A stretch of 64,000 bases of DNA, taken from positions 27,588-91,587 of the IMG/VR virus record IMGVR_UViG_3300037484_000235, one strand, 5' to 3'. The first letter of the stretch is position 1, and each line of letters opens with the position of its first letter. The translations under genes and the position numbers were made by a program. The stretch is from a virus. Under the pieces are notes generated by a model. That model did not search any database and had not been told where the DNA came from. It was given only the letters and a program-made list of their open reading frames with translations. This document shows, piece after piece, positions 11,283-23,268 of the stretch.

Positions 11283-11599
11283 AGGCTTACACTGCGACGC
11301 CAGGAATCCATGAAGGAAGCCAGATTGAGTATGCCCACGGGGTTGGCCGAGTGCACCAGGAACATGGGAACGGCCTGCACCCCATCCCAGTACTCGTTCG
11401 CCAGCCACTTGAGAAAGTCCATGGCCCGATCCTCACCACCGAGGTCGTGATCCAGAGACATGAGCGCGGGCATCCCCCGCTCCGAGACCAGAGCCTTGGC
11501 TGCCTCAGTCGAACGGGCAACCGTCCAGGGTGTCACGTCCATGGGAGAGGGATCCCTCAGGTCATCCAGGTACAAACTCCAGGTCACTGAGTCTTCCAC
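11279..11599 (-). CDS. Cyclic-phosphate-processing receiver-domain protein
   Basis: LYLDDLRDP...SLDHDLGG...VHSANPVG signature. Confidence 0.75.
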   Translation of the reverse strand: MEDSVTWSLYLDDLRDPSPMDVTPWTVARSTEAAKALVSERGMPALMSLDHDLGGEDRAMDFLKWLANEYWDGVQAVPMFLVHSANPVGILNLASFMDSWRRSVSL

Positions 11600-11943
11600 T
11601 CTTCTACGAACTTACGCATGTCCCGCTCTGCTTCCCACGAACCCGTGAGGTAGCGGACGGTGTGCGGTGGGTTGTTCGGGTACATCCGCTTGGCTTCCAC
11701 CAGAACGTCCATACCGTTCTCGTGACCGACGATGTTGAAATCGAGGTACATCACCTCGGGCGGTCCATAGCACTGGAGGTAGAACACGGCCATGTCGTAG
11801 CTGGTGGCCCACAAGAGAAGCGGAATCTCTTCCTGCTTCGTTTCGATCCCGTAGGGCATTGCCCCGTTGGGACCTTCCATGTTCGAGGGGAACGAGCGCG
11901 GGGTGCACACATCATCCAGGAAGAGCTGCCACTTGATGCGCAT
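11584..11943 (-). CDS. Divergent second cyclic-phosphate-processing receiver-like protein
   Basis: LFLDDVCTP...YLDFNIVGHENGMDVL, parallel to the downstream paralogue. Confidence 0.55.
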   Translation of the reverse strand: MRIKWQLFLDDVCTPRSFPSNMEGPNGAMPYGIETKQEEIPLLLWATSYDMAVFYLQCYGPPEVMYLDFNIVGHENGMDVLVEAKRMYPNNPPHTVRYLTGSWEAERDMRKFVEEWKTQ

Positions 11944-11966
11944 GGTGAGTGCCTTACACCTCTCGC

Positions 11967-12155
11967 TCAGCCCGGAGGAATGAACGTCTTGGTGTCCTGT
12001 CCGAAGGGACGATGAATCAGAGCGCCGGGATAATCGTCCCGTACGTTTTCGAGGACGATGCGGGCCTCCCCGATGTCCTTGCATCCGATTCCAGCGAAGC
12101 GGCTGTCGTACACCACGAAGTACGTGGTCTTGATCGTTTCGGTCTTGGTCGTCAT
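11967..12155 (-). CDS. Hypothetical protein
   Basis: Directly downstream of promoter 12180-12209. Confidence 0.6.
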   Translation of the reverse strand: MTTKTETIKTTYFVVYDSRFAGIGCKDIGEARIVLENVRDDYPGALIHRPFGQDTKTFIPPG

Positions 12156-12179
12156 TGGGTTCCTACCTTCCTCACTTAG

Positions 12180-12209
12180 GTAACGGGTGGGGGCCCACGA
12201 TTTACACGA
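12180..12209 (-). promoter_or_regulatory. ECF-like phage promoter
   Basis: TCGTGTAA-N16-CGTTAC...GTGAGG. Confidence 0.75.
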
Positions 12210-12311
12210 TTCGTTTTCTTCCTATGGGCGTAAGGTGAGTGTCTCCCTCCTACGGCTGTCCACTGCCCCCCCAGTTCCGGACGGCCAAGTTGAGGAGGGG
12301 GACGTTTCTCT

Positions 12312-12989
12312 CTATGGGGGCCCAAGCCTGGTAGCAAGAGATGGTGCGTAGGGCTTTGCCGTACGCACCAGGTAGCCAGGTGCCCACGGATCAAGATCAC
12401 AGGCAAGTCTGTAGACATCCGTCTCGGCGCAACCCTCGAACTGGGTGAGCCACTTACGTGCATTCTCCGGGGTGTACCTGGTATCCCCCCTTGAAATCGA
12501 CTCTTCTATGAATTCCCGAATCACGATGAGAGCAAGATCTCGCGGTAAAATGTACTCACATCGGGTTTCGTCATAGGATTCCCGTACATGGGTCACTGCG
12601 GGTCGACCATCCTGGAGGATGTATAATGTGACCTTCGTAGAGACCCCCGTCTCTTTGTTCCTCGGTAGGATTTCCTTGGTAGCACCTTCAAGAACATCTC
12701 GCATCGGATGTTCAGTAGATATGCAATCGTGACCCACGAGGTGTTTCGCCTCCCGCACATCGGAATCTTCCTTGGGTTCCCGAACACGTGCCTTGTGACC
12801 CATAGGGCACGGTCTTAGATTGGTGCATCTTTCGCCTGTGGAAAGTAGGACGTTGCATACAATGGTGCACCTCTCACACTCGACGCCCCAGTCTCCCTTC
12901 TTACCGACGAGCCTGCCGCCATTCGCAGCAACATATACGTCGCACCTTCGACATAGCCCCGCGTAGGAATTTGATCTTTTCTTCATCAC
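12312..12989 (-). CDS. Hypothetical protein with N-terminal Zn ribbon
   Basis: CRRC...CERC; follows a degenerate promoter. Confidence 0.6.
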   Translation of the reverse strand: MMKKRSNSYAGLCRRCDVYVAANGGRLVGKKGDWGVECERCTIVCNVLLSTGERCTNLRPCPMGHKARVREPKEDSDVREAKHLVGHDCISTEHPMRDVLEGATKEILPRNKETGVSTKVTLYILQDGRPAVTHVRESYDETRCEYILPRDLALIVIREFIEESISRGDTRYTPENARKWLTQFEGCAETDVYRLACDLDPWAPGYLVRTAKPYAPSLATRLGPP

Positions 12990-12993
12990 CCGG

Positions 12994-13023
12994 GTAACGG
13001 ATGAAGGAGATCACTTTTCACGT
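12994..13023 (-). promoter_or_regulatory. Degenerate ECF-like promoter
   Basis: ACGTGAAA-N16-CGTTAC. Confidence 0.5.
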
Positions 13024-13330
13024 TTCACGGTCTATCAGACTCACAGGTCATGGGTCTTGCGTTTTCAGCTGCTGGAAGGATCGCATTTGAGGTAGTGGTA
13101 CACCCCACGGCCATCGGATTGAGCCGCTTCTCGCAAGCGGTTTTCCGAACTGGGGCTCGTGTATCCCACACGACCAGGGTGTCTTCCAGAGAGTACAAAG
13201 CGATTGTGTGGTTGAGAGTTGTGTCTGTGCCAATGTTCAAGAGCTTGTGCAAGCCTGCGTCCTTCGAGTTCATTGCCACACGAGACGTGACGCGTGGATG
13301 AAGATACAGGTGTAAGGTGCAGAAGAAGTC

Positions 13331-13933
13331 ATGCATGGGTACCCCATAAACTTCAATGACCCAAGATACTCGAACAGGGTGTGTGGGTCTTGTAACTGTC
13401 AGACAGGGTGCTGCGCCAATCAAGCGCTTCTGAAGCGGATAGGGGATAATGCATATCTCCGCCAGAGACTTGCTCTTTGGGAGGGGATTATTGTTGGATC
13501 ACATCCTCCTCCATCAGAGCCACGAAAGAATCGGAAAGAACGCCGCTTGAAGGAGCACCTGTCTCGGTGTGGTCCACCTGCAAAAAGGCGTTGGTGACGT
13601 GGTATGAAAGCCCCGTTTTCAAGGCTCTATCCTGCGCTTAGGTAGGCCCCCATGAGCAGCAGTAAACCCCAGTCAATTCCGGTCCAGATCAACAACGTCG
13701 TGGACATCCGATTTGCCAGGGTCAAGAAACTATCCAGAGCATTCTTTGCAGACTTGAACTCGGCAGTCCCAGATGACAGATTGGTGCCAATGGCATTTGA
13801 GTTCATTGAGACACTCAGGGGCTCAGGACAAGTACCCACAGCGCCAGTTAAGAGGGTCATCCTCAAGCACGCGATGCTAGTAGCACTTCTTGACACGCTT
13901 CGGAGTGAGAAGGTGCGCCGGAATCGACCTTAG
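13331..13933 (+). other. Two small plus-strand hypothetical CDSs (13331-13597, 13652-13933)
   Basis: ORFs fill the gap between minus-strand blocks and converge on the ORF ending at 13930. Confidence 0.5.
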
Positions 13934-15367
13934 TCGGTGAGGTACTCCCACAGACACCCATCGAAATGGACCCTTCGATTGATCTCTTCCCAGAGGGCGT
14001 ACAACGCAGGTTCACTACCTAGGATTTTGGCAGCAAAGTTGGAGTTGAGAACTGGACCTTCGGGGGTCCACAACACCAGAATGTCTTTCCCACCAAGATC
14101 TGAGATCTTGTCTGGGTGATCTGCAAAGTAGGTCAGGAGCCATCGGATGCGGTCAGCACGAATTTCCTGCTTCTGGTCCCTGGATTGCTCACCTGCTTCC
14201 GCAATCCCATCCATCCATTCTTTTGTGCTCATAGCGCCAACTCCACTGCATGTTCCAGGGCACGAATGCACTCAGTGCACTTGGTATCCACGAATAGATC
14301 CAGCCCCCATCCGTGCTTGGCCAGAAGTCCACATTCCGCTTTTCTATCATGGTTCACGGCGTGCAGCTTCCAGCCAGTTTGAGCTGCTGAGTGACTGTTG
14401 CGTGGGTTTGTAGTACGCCACTTAGTCATGAGACCGCTCAAAGGGACGGAGTTTCAGTTCCTCGCCAACTAGCGCCCGAAGGCGACGGAGTTTTAACTCG
14501 TCACTGACTAGCTTGTCGTGGAGTTTGAAATCGTCCTGAGTCCAATACCGGACTCGATTGTAATCAGGGATCTTACCCCTTAGGTGTTCCCATGCTTTTT
14601 GTAGAGTCCACCTGATTGGTTTCCGTCCTGTTCTCAACCAGGGCCAGTTCTTGGGGTCTGATTGTTGAACACACCATCTGTTCGATCCACTGGGGATACC
14701 TCTCCATCGCCTTTGACGTGGAGACTTCCTAAGGGACTCAGATTGAGCCAGGCTCCTGGCTCTACATACTTCACAATGGTACGGAGCATACAGTCCTGTG
14801 TTCCCTGGCTGGTTGCACCCTTTGCAGCGCACTGTTCCACACACCCGATCAAGATGGGCCAGAGCCTCATCCGCAAGATGGACGAACCCTCCTTGGCGAG
14901 CTAGCTTCTCAGCTTCGTAGATGAGTTCCCTGTCCCCAGAGCGGATGGCTGCCGTCACCGTCTCCCGGATGGGAACGATGCTTCTAGTGCCACGGTATTT
15001 TCGTACTGGGTCCACCGGTACTTTAGGACGCCTTGTGCATCTCGATGAACGCGATGAGGGCGTCTGCGCGCTCCGACTTCTGAGGGCCGGAGACATCGAC
15101 ACCCTTGATGTTCTTGTAGCGGACCTCGAAGTACCCGTTCATCAAGGCCACGACATTGGCGTTCGGATAGCCACAGATGGTCCGCGCCTCAGCTCGAAGA
15201 GATTCGTACCTTTCCCAGTAGCCCGCAGGCCACTTCTTCGCAGTCTCGTCCTTGTCCTTGTGGCTCCAGTTGCCGTTGGTGTCGTCATCCTCGTGGAGGG
15301 TGTGTGCGAAGCGTTCGTCGTTCAGAATTGAGTCGTTCATGATTGTCTCGGGGTCGTTTCTTCTCAT
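13930..15367 (-). other. Hypothetical CDSs 13930-~14231, 14229-14441, 14422-~15010, 15023-15367
   Basis: Tiled ORFs downstream of promoter 15404-15434; some starts uncertain. Confidence 0.5.
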
Positions 15368-15403
15368 GTGGCCAAATCTTGGACACGATTACCTTACGCT
15401 CAG

Positions 15404-15479
15404 GGAACGATTAGGCGAGGAATAATTTACACGATTCGCAATTCCAGAATCGTGTAAATCGCCTGCGCTCCGCCGTAAC
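15404..15479. promoter_or_regulatory. Back-to-back divergent ECF-like promoters
   Basis: Minus TCGTGTAA-N17-CGTTCC (15404-15434); plus TCGTGTAA-N16-CGTAAC (15450-15479); 13-bp perfect inverted repeat ATTTACACGATTC-N9-GAATCGTGTAAAT at a strand switch. Confidence 0.75.
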
Positions 15480-15495
15480 TGTGGTGAGGGTACCC

Positions 15496-17268
15496 ATGTC
15501 GTCCACCGAAGCAGAGATCAATGACGCAATCGAGGCGCTCACGTCCCCCGCACGGGAGAGACGATTGGCGGCTAGTCTTGACATGCGTGGCCTATGTCCG
15601 GCTGACTGCTACTGGCAAACGGAAGAGGAGCAACAGGCCCTGGACCGGCTGCAACTAGAGCTGATCCGAGTGCAGCCGACCACAGAACAGATTCGGGAGC
15701 GCGTCGCTCAGAAACGTGCTGCCAGGTTGGCATCTGGAGAAAAGTCATGAGCTGGTACCACTTTCACTGCAATTCAGGCGCCGGACACCAGTCGTTCCAC
15801 GAGACCTACAGGTGGATCGATGCCCCCAATAAAGACGACCTGGAGTGTTACTGGGAAGATTGGGTCCGGGATGGGTACTGGCATGATGCCATTGGCGGAA
15901 TCGACAAGGTCAAATCTCTGCCGAAGGAGTGGCATGAGCGTCTAGTCGACAAGTACAAGAACAGAATCCTGCACAGCCGAGAGATGCTTGTTCTACTGGG
16001 TAAGACGCCAGTGAGGGCACCAAAGCGGGTGGCACGCAAGGAGAAGACGCCATGAAGAGTCTGGTTTCGTTTCCCTTGACGAATCCACCGGATGACTTTC
16101 TCACGTGGTCCGTCAAAGGAGAGTCGGGCTGGTCGGATGAAAAGCTGTTCGTCGAGGCACGTGCCTGCGCTTGGGAGGGTGATGTAAAGGCGGCCGTTGT
16201 TGTGAACAACGGCCAGATTCTCGAAGTCTGTGACGCCTCTACCTTGTCCCTCTTCCAGCTTGCCCTCACCCTCCTCACTTGTGAGGCTTGCAACGGCTGT
16301 GAGCTTTGCTGCATGGAGGGTGAATGTCAAGGTTGTGGGCAATGTGAGGTTTCCGACTTCGATGACACCATGGATGGTGACGCTGGTTCCGCGCTTTCCT
16401 CAGCAGGATTTGGGACGGACGAAGACTATGGCGGCCCCTGTGACTTCGAGTCATAAGCTCGACTACCGGGACCAACTGCGGCCACGAAACAAGGAAGACC
16501 TATTGGCTGCACTCGTGGGACTCATTGGGGACTTCATGTACCCGAGTGATGTAGAGGAGGCTCTCATCATGATCGAAGTGCTCTGCCGTCATCACTACGT
16601 CGATGGCTACAACTCCGCCACCAAACAGTTTGGGATCGGGCGGGAGTTCTTCAAGGAAGACCTGAAGTAACATCTGGTGTATGGTGTGTTTGAAAGGTTC
16701 GCCCCCTGTAAAATAGGGCGTGAATTGAAACACCATGACTGACGCCGATGACCGATCCACAAATGACGACCTGACTGATGACTACGACCCCAACGACTTA
16801 GGGGATCTCCAGTGTGGTATGATTTCATCCACAAGATCAGCGGTGTGTATTCTGAATCCTGGACATGGGGGTATGCACCGTGTCTTTTCCGTTACAACCC
16901 ACAGTTTTGGACCCAGGAAGCCTATCCCATTTCCGGATCTGGAAAACATTAACCCAGGAATCCGAGAGACAGTCAGGCTCCTAAATCAGAATGGCTTCCG
17001 GACTACAGATAGTGGTGACGGAAAGACAGGTGACTATTCGTGTGACCGTCCCTACCCATACGTGTCGATTGCTTCAACCCGTGCGGGGTTGATCCAGGAT
17101 GCAGACGACATCGCCTTTCTGTTCTCTGAGCACGGTGTTCAAGTCGGAGAACTCACCGAAGAGGGTGAAGGCCCCTACATCCAGGCGATGTACACCCCTC
17201 AGGTAAAAAACTGCGCAATCATCGACATTCAGAATGTCGATGACAAGCTGTTGGGGCTCGTACCCTAA
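15496..17268 (+). other. Plus-strand operon of hypothetical CDSs (15496-15750, 15747-16055, 16052-16456, ~16440-16670, 16735-17268)
   Basis: ATGA overlaps; 16052 is Cys-rich and acidic; 16735 contains INPGIRETVRLLNQNGFRTTDSGDG. Confidence 0.6.
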
Positions 17269-18872
17269 CCCTTGGTGACGTGCCCATCGTAGAAGTGGAA
17301 GAAGACCGGGACCCTCTCGATCCCCAGCTCCGCCGCAATGGCCAGTCGATGATTCCCTTCACCAACCTTGACTCCGCCTTTACGACCGATTTGGAGGTGC
17401 ACGGTGCTCCCCTTCTTCCATCCTCGGCTGTTCATACTGTCCATCAGCTCGTCCCATTCATGTGGTTCCAGACGAGCCTTGTCCCGAGTCCAAACGTACT
17501 CCCTGTAGGGTAGTAGCTCAGACAGACGGACCATCACGGGCATGTCGTCCTCGTACATCTTGTCCCCGAGCTTTTGCCAGTTCGCAATCACGTCTCCCAG
17601 GCCCGTGTAGTTGGAGTAGTACCCAGCGGTACGACCACCATGTGTAACAGTGCCCAACGCCGCCCGCACGGCGTCCTGCAAACGGTCTGGTTGGAAGGCG
17701 AGCATTGGTGTGCTCAGCATCGCCTCGCGAGCTAGAGGGGCCAGTGCGCCCCGGTCTCGGCCCTGTAGGTTGAACTCTGTGATGAGGGCCGTGTTGTCGA
17801 TCGGTGGCTTCTTGAGCTTCTCGAAGAACTCGTCAGCCTCATCGCTGATCATCCCCGTGGTGATTTCCCGGAGTCTGACTTGTTGAGGCTTCGTCAGGAA
17901 AGCTACGGGCTGCGACCCAAGCCCAAGGTCTGCCAGATCCAGAAGCAACGCCACCGCACGGTTCCCGTTGCTGAACTGCTTTGCCATGTACGAGGCAAAC
18001 GGAGCCTCACTTTGGATCATTTCCGAGAGGGTCTCGATCAGGCCCAGGTGAGCCATTGTGAGAAGGGCCCCACGTGCATTAGGGGTGTCCAGAATGTCTT
18101 GCACCAAGATCGTGGCAATCGCCTCCCATGGCATCTTCTTCATCTTGGGGGCGTTACGCCGGACACTGGCCGCAACCTCATCGGTCAGATCAAGCTCGTA
18201 CTTGATCGAGAATTTAATCAGTCTGAGCATACGTGTTGGATCGTCGGAGAATGTTCGGTCCGGATCCAACGGTGTGTGGAGCATTCGCTCTTCGAGGTGC
18301 TGCACGCCAAGACCCGTAAGGTCGATGACTTCTGCGTAGTCAGGTCCGTTTGCTAGGTCGAGCAGTCTCCAGAGCAGAGAATTGAGCGTGAAGTCGCGTC
18401 GATTTATATCCTCTTCGATGGTGGCTGGTTGGACATCGGTGGGCTTGTAGCCTTTTCCTTTCCCTTCGGCTCCACCGTAGGACTCTTTGCGCGCATTCGC
18501 GATTTCCAGAATTTCACCCTTCAGCGAGTGGCCCTCAAGTTCCCATTCTCCCTTAATTGTCAGTATGACAACCCCATACTGATTGGTTGTGAGATTCGTT
18601 GGGGCTGGGATAGCCTTGGCCAGTTGATTTGCAAACCACTCTGAGTTCTTGCCGAGCGCGATGGAATCTACGACGACGTCCAAATCATTGATTGGGTACT
18701 TGGATCCACCAGGGTCCATCATGAAGTTACGCACGGCCCCACCAACCACGTAAACGTGACTAGCCACACCCAATTCGATTGCTGTGCGAGACAAGAACTT
18801 CATCAGCGCCACTGAGCGTGCATGCGACCCAGCGTTGAGAAAGCGAGTTGCGACTTGAGATGCTTGATCCAT
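17265..18872 (-). CDS. cca: Class II tRNA nucleotidyltransferase (CCA-adding/poly(A) polymerase family) fused to a C-terminal ParB/Srx-like domain
   Basis: VVGGAVRN, DLD, EIANARKESY, EEDINRRDFTLNS, DDPTRMLR; C-terminal VGEGNHRLAIA. Confidence 0.85.
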   Translation of the reverse strand: MDQASQVATRFLNAGSHARSVALMKFLSRTAIELGVASHVYVVGGAVRNFMMDPGGSKYPINDLDVVVDSIALGKNSEWFANQLAKAIPAPTNLTTNQYGVVILTIKGEWELEGHSLKGEILEIANARKESYGGAEGKGKGYKPTDVQPATIEEDINRRDFTLNSLLWRLLDLANGPDYAEVIDLTGLGVQHLEERMLHTPLDPDRTFSDDPTRMLRLIKFSIKYELDLTDEVAASVRRNAPKMKKMPWEAIATILVQDILDTPNARGALLTMAHLGLIETLSEMIQSEAPFASYMAKQFSNGNRAVALLLDLADLGLGSQPVAFLTKPQQVRLREITTGMISDEADEFFEKLKKPPIDNTALITEFNLQGRDRGALAPLAREAMLSTPMLAFQPDRLQDAVRAALGTVTHGGRTAGYYSNYTGLGDVIANWQKLGDKMYEDDMPVMVRLSELLPYREYVWTRDKARLEPHEWDELMDSMNSRGWKKGSTVHLQIGRKGGVKVGEGNHRLAIAAELGIERVPVFFHFYDGHVTKG

Positions 18873-19347
18873 GAGGGCTCCACCCAATGCAGAAAATAGA
18901 CGGCTTCGCTAAGGCCGTGGCTTGGAACGACGTACGCGAGGTCTAGAAATACCAATCTGCTCGATGAGATCACTAGCCTTGCGGAATTCGCACTCCAGGC
19001 ACGAGCACGTATCCCCACATCCCATACTCTTCGTTGTTGCAGCGTTTCGAAGTCGCAGCACTTCTCTTGCGGCACGGATTTTTTCTGCCAGACTCATCAT
19101 GGACCCATCCCCACAAAGGAATTAGGCCCGTCCACAATGGCTTCGGTCTCTCTTCCTGTTGGGCTTAGCAGACGGAGACGGACACACAGTCGACCCCACC
19201 AAGGATGCTTTTCTTCCGCCGAGAGAATCTTGTAGGGCACTAGGATCATTTTGAAATCCGGTGGGTACCACTCTGGCATGTCTAGGGTCTTACCTACCAC
19301 ATAGCGTCTAGATGGGGTGTCCCTGTATGGATGGGTCATACGAGGGA

Positions 19348-19674
19348 CTATTCTGGAGTGTCAATCGACCGATATTCCACAGGTCGGCCTTTGGACTCAG
19401 CACGCTCAATACCGAACCTCATCCCACGTGAGATGCCACGGTCTGTGTAGACGACCGTGGCATCCGCTTTCAATCCCCACGCAAGACCCGCTTCGATACC
19501 CCTGGTGCGCTCTTCCAGAATGAGGTCATCAAGGACGCCATCCTGTGTGTAGAGCAGGTGGCTTGCAAAGGGGGCCTCACCACGTAGAAGGGAATCTCGC
19601 ATGCACCGTCGTGCATAGAGCTTGTTCGCCTCTACGTCACCTGCAAATGGACTCTCAAGGATGACGAGTCTCAT
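19348..19674 (-). CDS. Conserved phage protein (possible nucleoside deoxyribosyltransferase-like fold)
   Basis: VILESPFAGD...GEAPFASHLLY...GISRGM pattern. Confidence 0.55.
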   Translation of the reverse strand: MRLVILESPFAGDVEANKLYARRCMRDSLLRGEAPFASHLLYTQDGVLDDLILEERTRGIEAGLAWGLKADATVVYTDRGISRGMRFGIERAESKGRPVEYRSIDTPE

Positions 19675-19741
19675 GCTGCAAGTCTGTGTTCTGGGCTTGC
19701 CACAGCCAAGTAGATACTAAGAGGGGGCGAGAATACTAGAC

Positions 19742-20281
19742 TCATTTGGAAATACCATCCTCTAGATTACGGGAAGCCGTGACGCCGACCTGATCCTGAT
19801 ACTTGGAACTCGTCCCATAGGGTTTTTCGGCGCTGCCTAGAAGAGCATGAAAGCTTACCTGACAGATCGAGTCCCCCTCTTGAAGCTCCACTGGCGGTCC
19901 CGCGATATCTAGCTCCAGGGTGATGTTCCCGGCAAATCCAGGGTCAATGAACCCAGCTGTGGCATGAATCCTAAGACCGACACGACCCCAGGATGAGCGG
20001 CCGTCAACTCTGCCTACAAGATCTCTGGGCATCACGATACGTTCCCGGGTCCCAATCAGATAGAGCATACCTGGTTTTAGAACCCAGGATCCAACGGGAA
20101 CAAGTTCCGAGCGTCCTGGTCGCAATGCCACTCCGTAGGGCGCAGTAACCCTACATAGTGGGCCCACGATTGTCAGGTCTACAGACGCCGGTTGAACCCT
20201 CCCCTCGATCTCCAGGGCCCTGTGGTGGTCTGGAAACAGGGTTGGGAGTAACAGCTTGATCTGAGAGTCCTGAAGAATCAT
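19742..20281 (-). CDS. dcd: dCTP deaminase
   Basis: QPASVDL, GRSSWGRVGL, AGFIDPGFAGNITLE, YQDQ. Confidence 0.9.
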   Translation of the reverse strand: MILQDSQIKLLLPTLFPDHHRALEIEGRVQPASVDLTIVGPLCRVTAPYGVALRPGRSELVPVGSWVLKPGMLYLIGTRERIVMPRDLVGRVDGRSSWGRVGLRIHATAGFIDPGFAGNITLELDIAGPPVELQEGDSICQVSFHALLGSAEKPYGTSSKYQDQVGVTASRNLEDGISK

Positions 20282-23268
20282 GTGCGTTACGATACCACCA
20301 GACTTGAGAGATTGAATGGCGGCACTGGGGCCCCTGCTTCAATACTCTTTTCTGGGATACCTGCCACCGTTCTCAATGGCCACGACCTGAGCCTGAGCCG
20401 CATCATACAGGCGCAGACCCTCGACGTGAGCGGGCCAGTCCCGTGCGGGGTTACACCCCTGCACTCGGTCTGCGGCACGCAGGGACTCAACTGCCATGCT
20501 TGTGCAGTCCCCTGGGCTAGGGCCATAGCGACTGACGATCTTCTGGGGGCCCCTCAGTTCAGGAGGGCAGCAGATGTAGAGATCTGCACGAGCGTAGAAC
20601 TGCCTGCTTACCACCCTGCCAATAGCATCCACACTGACCTCGGGGACAGCATCCGGCGTGTACCGTCCGAGGAACTGGCACTCTTTGCAGGTGTGTGGGT
20701 ACTCCGGCACGGGCCGTGGCGTGCAGGGCGGATGACGTCGAGCGTAGTCATCGAGGATGGCATCGGCCTGCTTGGGGGTCAGGCGGGTAGGGTTGGGGCT
20801 CTCTGTGAACTCTTCGGGGGTGAACCGGAAACCGCCTGGCATCACATCGATTGTTCCAGGTGGTAAGCCCTCGATTGTGGTTGTACCACCCACCACCGGG
20901 CGCAGCTCCCCATCTTCGGTGGCGTGAGCATAGAGCGCGTCAATGACCACATCGATTTCGGCAAGGGCCCGGACCTCTAGAGCCTCTTGAATGTCACCAG
21001 GCGGAGTAATGCGCATCGCCTCGCCATAGGCTCGAATTGCTTCCTTGAGATTACGGGCAGTCATACGATCCACTTACCCCTGATTTTCGAAGCGTGGAGT
21101 ACGCATCGACGCTCGCCTGGATTCTTGCCCACCTCGTAAATTGCGAATCGAACCACCGCGTGAGTGTGGATGATGTTCGAGAGTTCGTGTAACGCGTCCA
21201 CGATGGTGTCCGCGTCTCTACTGGCGTCCCCCTGATTTTTCATGGTCCATACGACCTCGAAGTGATCCTTCTTACGGGCGGTAGTCATGTGTGATCTTCC
21301 CCTTTCTCAGGCGTTCGGTGAGGGCCCCTGCGATGAGGGCCTGGCGGATGGTCTTCCCCACTTCGGCCTCGATGGTGTCCCGCTCACCTCGGGATACCAG
21401 GAAGTCCTTGGTCCATCGGCCTCGGCCAGTGCGATATTCGAAGCGGACTAGAAACAATCCATCAGCCTTAGAGGGTGCGACTCGCAGACGTCGCCACTCA
21501 CCTGAGGTAGGTGAGGGCTCCGGATTGTCTCGCAAGGTCTCTCGCACGCGGTTGAGTCCCCAGACCAGAAAGACCAGGACTAGCCAGCCCGTGACTGCGA
21601 TGAAGAAAAAGACCGTCATGCTTTGACCTGCTTATTTCACGTTTTCAAGCTGAGCGACAAGCGCCATGACGTCTTCTAGAACACTGGCTGCTACAAGAGA
21701 ACGATTCACGTATGGGTTCGCATGAGGAACCCCACTAAGATGCTCCTCATCGCAAGCATCTGCGATTTTCATGAGCCGTTCACGTTCGACGAGCAATTTC
21801 TTGATCAAGTCAGACTTGGTCACACGTCCTCGACTCGGATTACGACCCGCACGATGCGCACGAGGGGGCCCAGAGGGTGTCCACTCAGAGCCTTTTCGGC
21901 CTCTGCCAGATTTGAGAATCGGTAGGAATCCACTGCGTCATCAATCCACTGATGTGGACGTGAGTCCCCCTCTGGATTGATGAAGGAGGCATTGAGATAG
22001 CCCCTCTCGTAGAGACGCAGGGTGTACCACACCCACTGAGTGGTCATTTGAGATTGGCCTCATGATCTCGCTTGAGCAGGATCATGATCTTCGAGCGGGC
22101 CTCACGGAAGGCAACAGACTCCCCCTTGGCCTCACCCCAGTTGAAGAGCATGGTCTCCCGGGCAGGGCCCTTCGCTCGCTTGGCAGCCAGTTCAAACCCG
22201 GTAGCTGCCTTGAGGTTGTGCTCCGCCTCATCCAGTAGCTCGTTGGCGATGGCCTCCAGCTTCATTCGTGTGCTCAGGTCCATTAGCGTGTTACTCCCTT
22301 GCCTGGGGTGTGGGATAGACACATCGGCATTCTACAGGGGCCGGACTCATCTTTGGATCCAAGGAGAGCTTGATCATGGCCACCGCAATCGCGAAGAGGG
22401 AGATGGAAATGAGAAAGAGGAAGAAGAAAACGGTGCTCGAATCCTCGATTGCCACCGTCTTGGGTGTGGTCAGCATGGTGCGATCTCTCGCCGGAAATAC
22501 ACACCATGCCGATTGAGAGGTGTGTACGGCTTGTCCAACACTGGACGGTTGTCGACGGGCTTGGGGGCCTTCGAAGCCTTGTCCAACTTCACAACGTAGA
22601 GCATCGCCCCACGGTCGATGGGATGAATAGTGGAAATCACGGTCCCCGTCCCTCGTGGTGTACTCACAGTGGAACCAATCGATAGTCGTGTCTTCATGGG
22701 GTCTCTCCGCAGGCCGGGCAGTTGTCTCGAAACTCCAGGAGGTCACCACAGTGCGAGCACACGGGCTCTACAGGCGGCACGAAGCCCTGGCAGGCTGCGA
22801 TGAGTCCCACGGCCTCTACGACGCGTATAACGCTTCCCAGGCGCAGTACGACGTACGTGCGGACGTTGGACAGGTGTCCCGCCACGATGACGATGGCATC
22901 GCCTTCGTCGAACACCCAGGCTTGGGTTTCAGCCCAAGAGCCTGTGCGGGGGTCTCGGTAGCGCACATCTCGTGTAGCTGAGGAAATCTCAGAGTGCTTG
23001 ACCAGTCGGAGATTGGTAGGTGTCATGACGTGCTCTTGCAGTACTCTCCGACCGACATGCCTGCACGGATTGCGGCACGGGCCGTTGCCGCCACAAGCTC
23101 GAACCACAGCTTGCGCACAATGCGGGCCTCGTGGTCTGCCTGGTCCGCTACACGACTCGCCTCACACTCAGGACAGGTGGTGAAGTTGTGCGATGCGCCG
23201 ACTACAGCTACATGCGCCAGTGAGGGATTCGGCGTGATGACAGGGGTGTTCATGATGTCCTCACCTGT

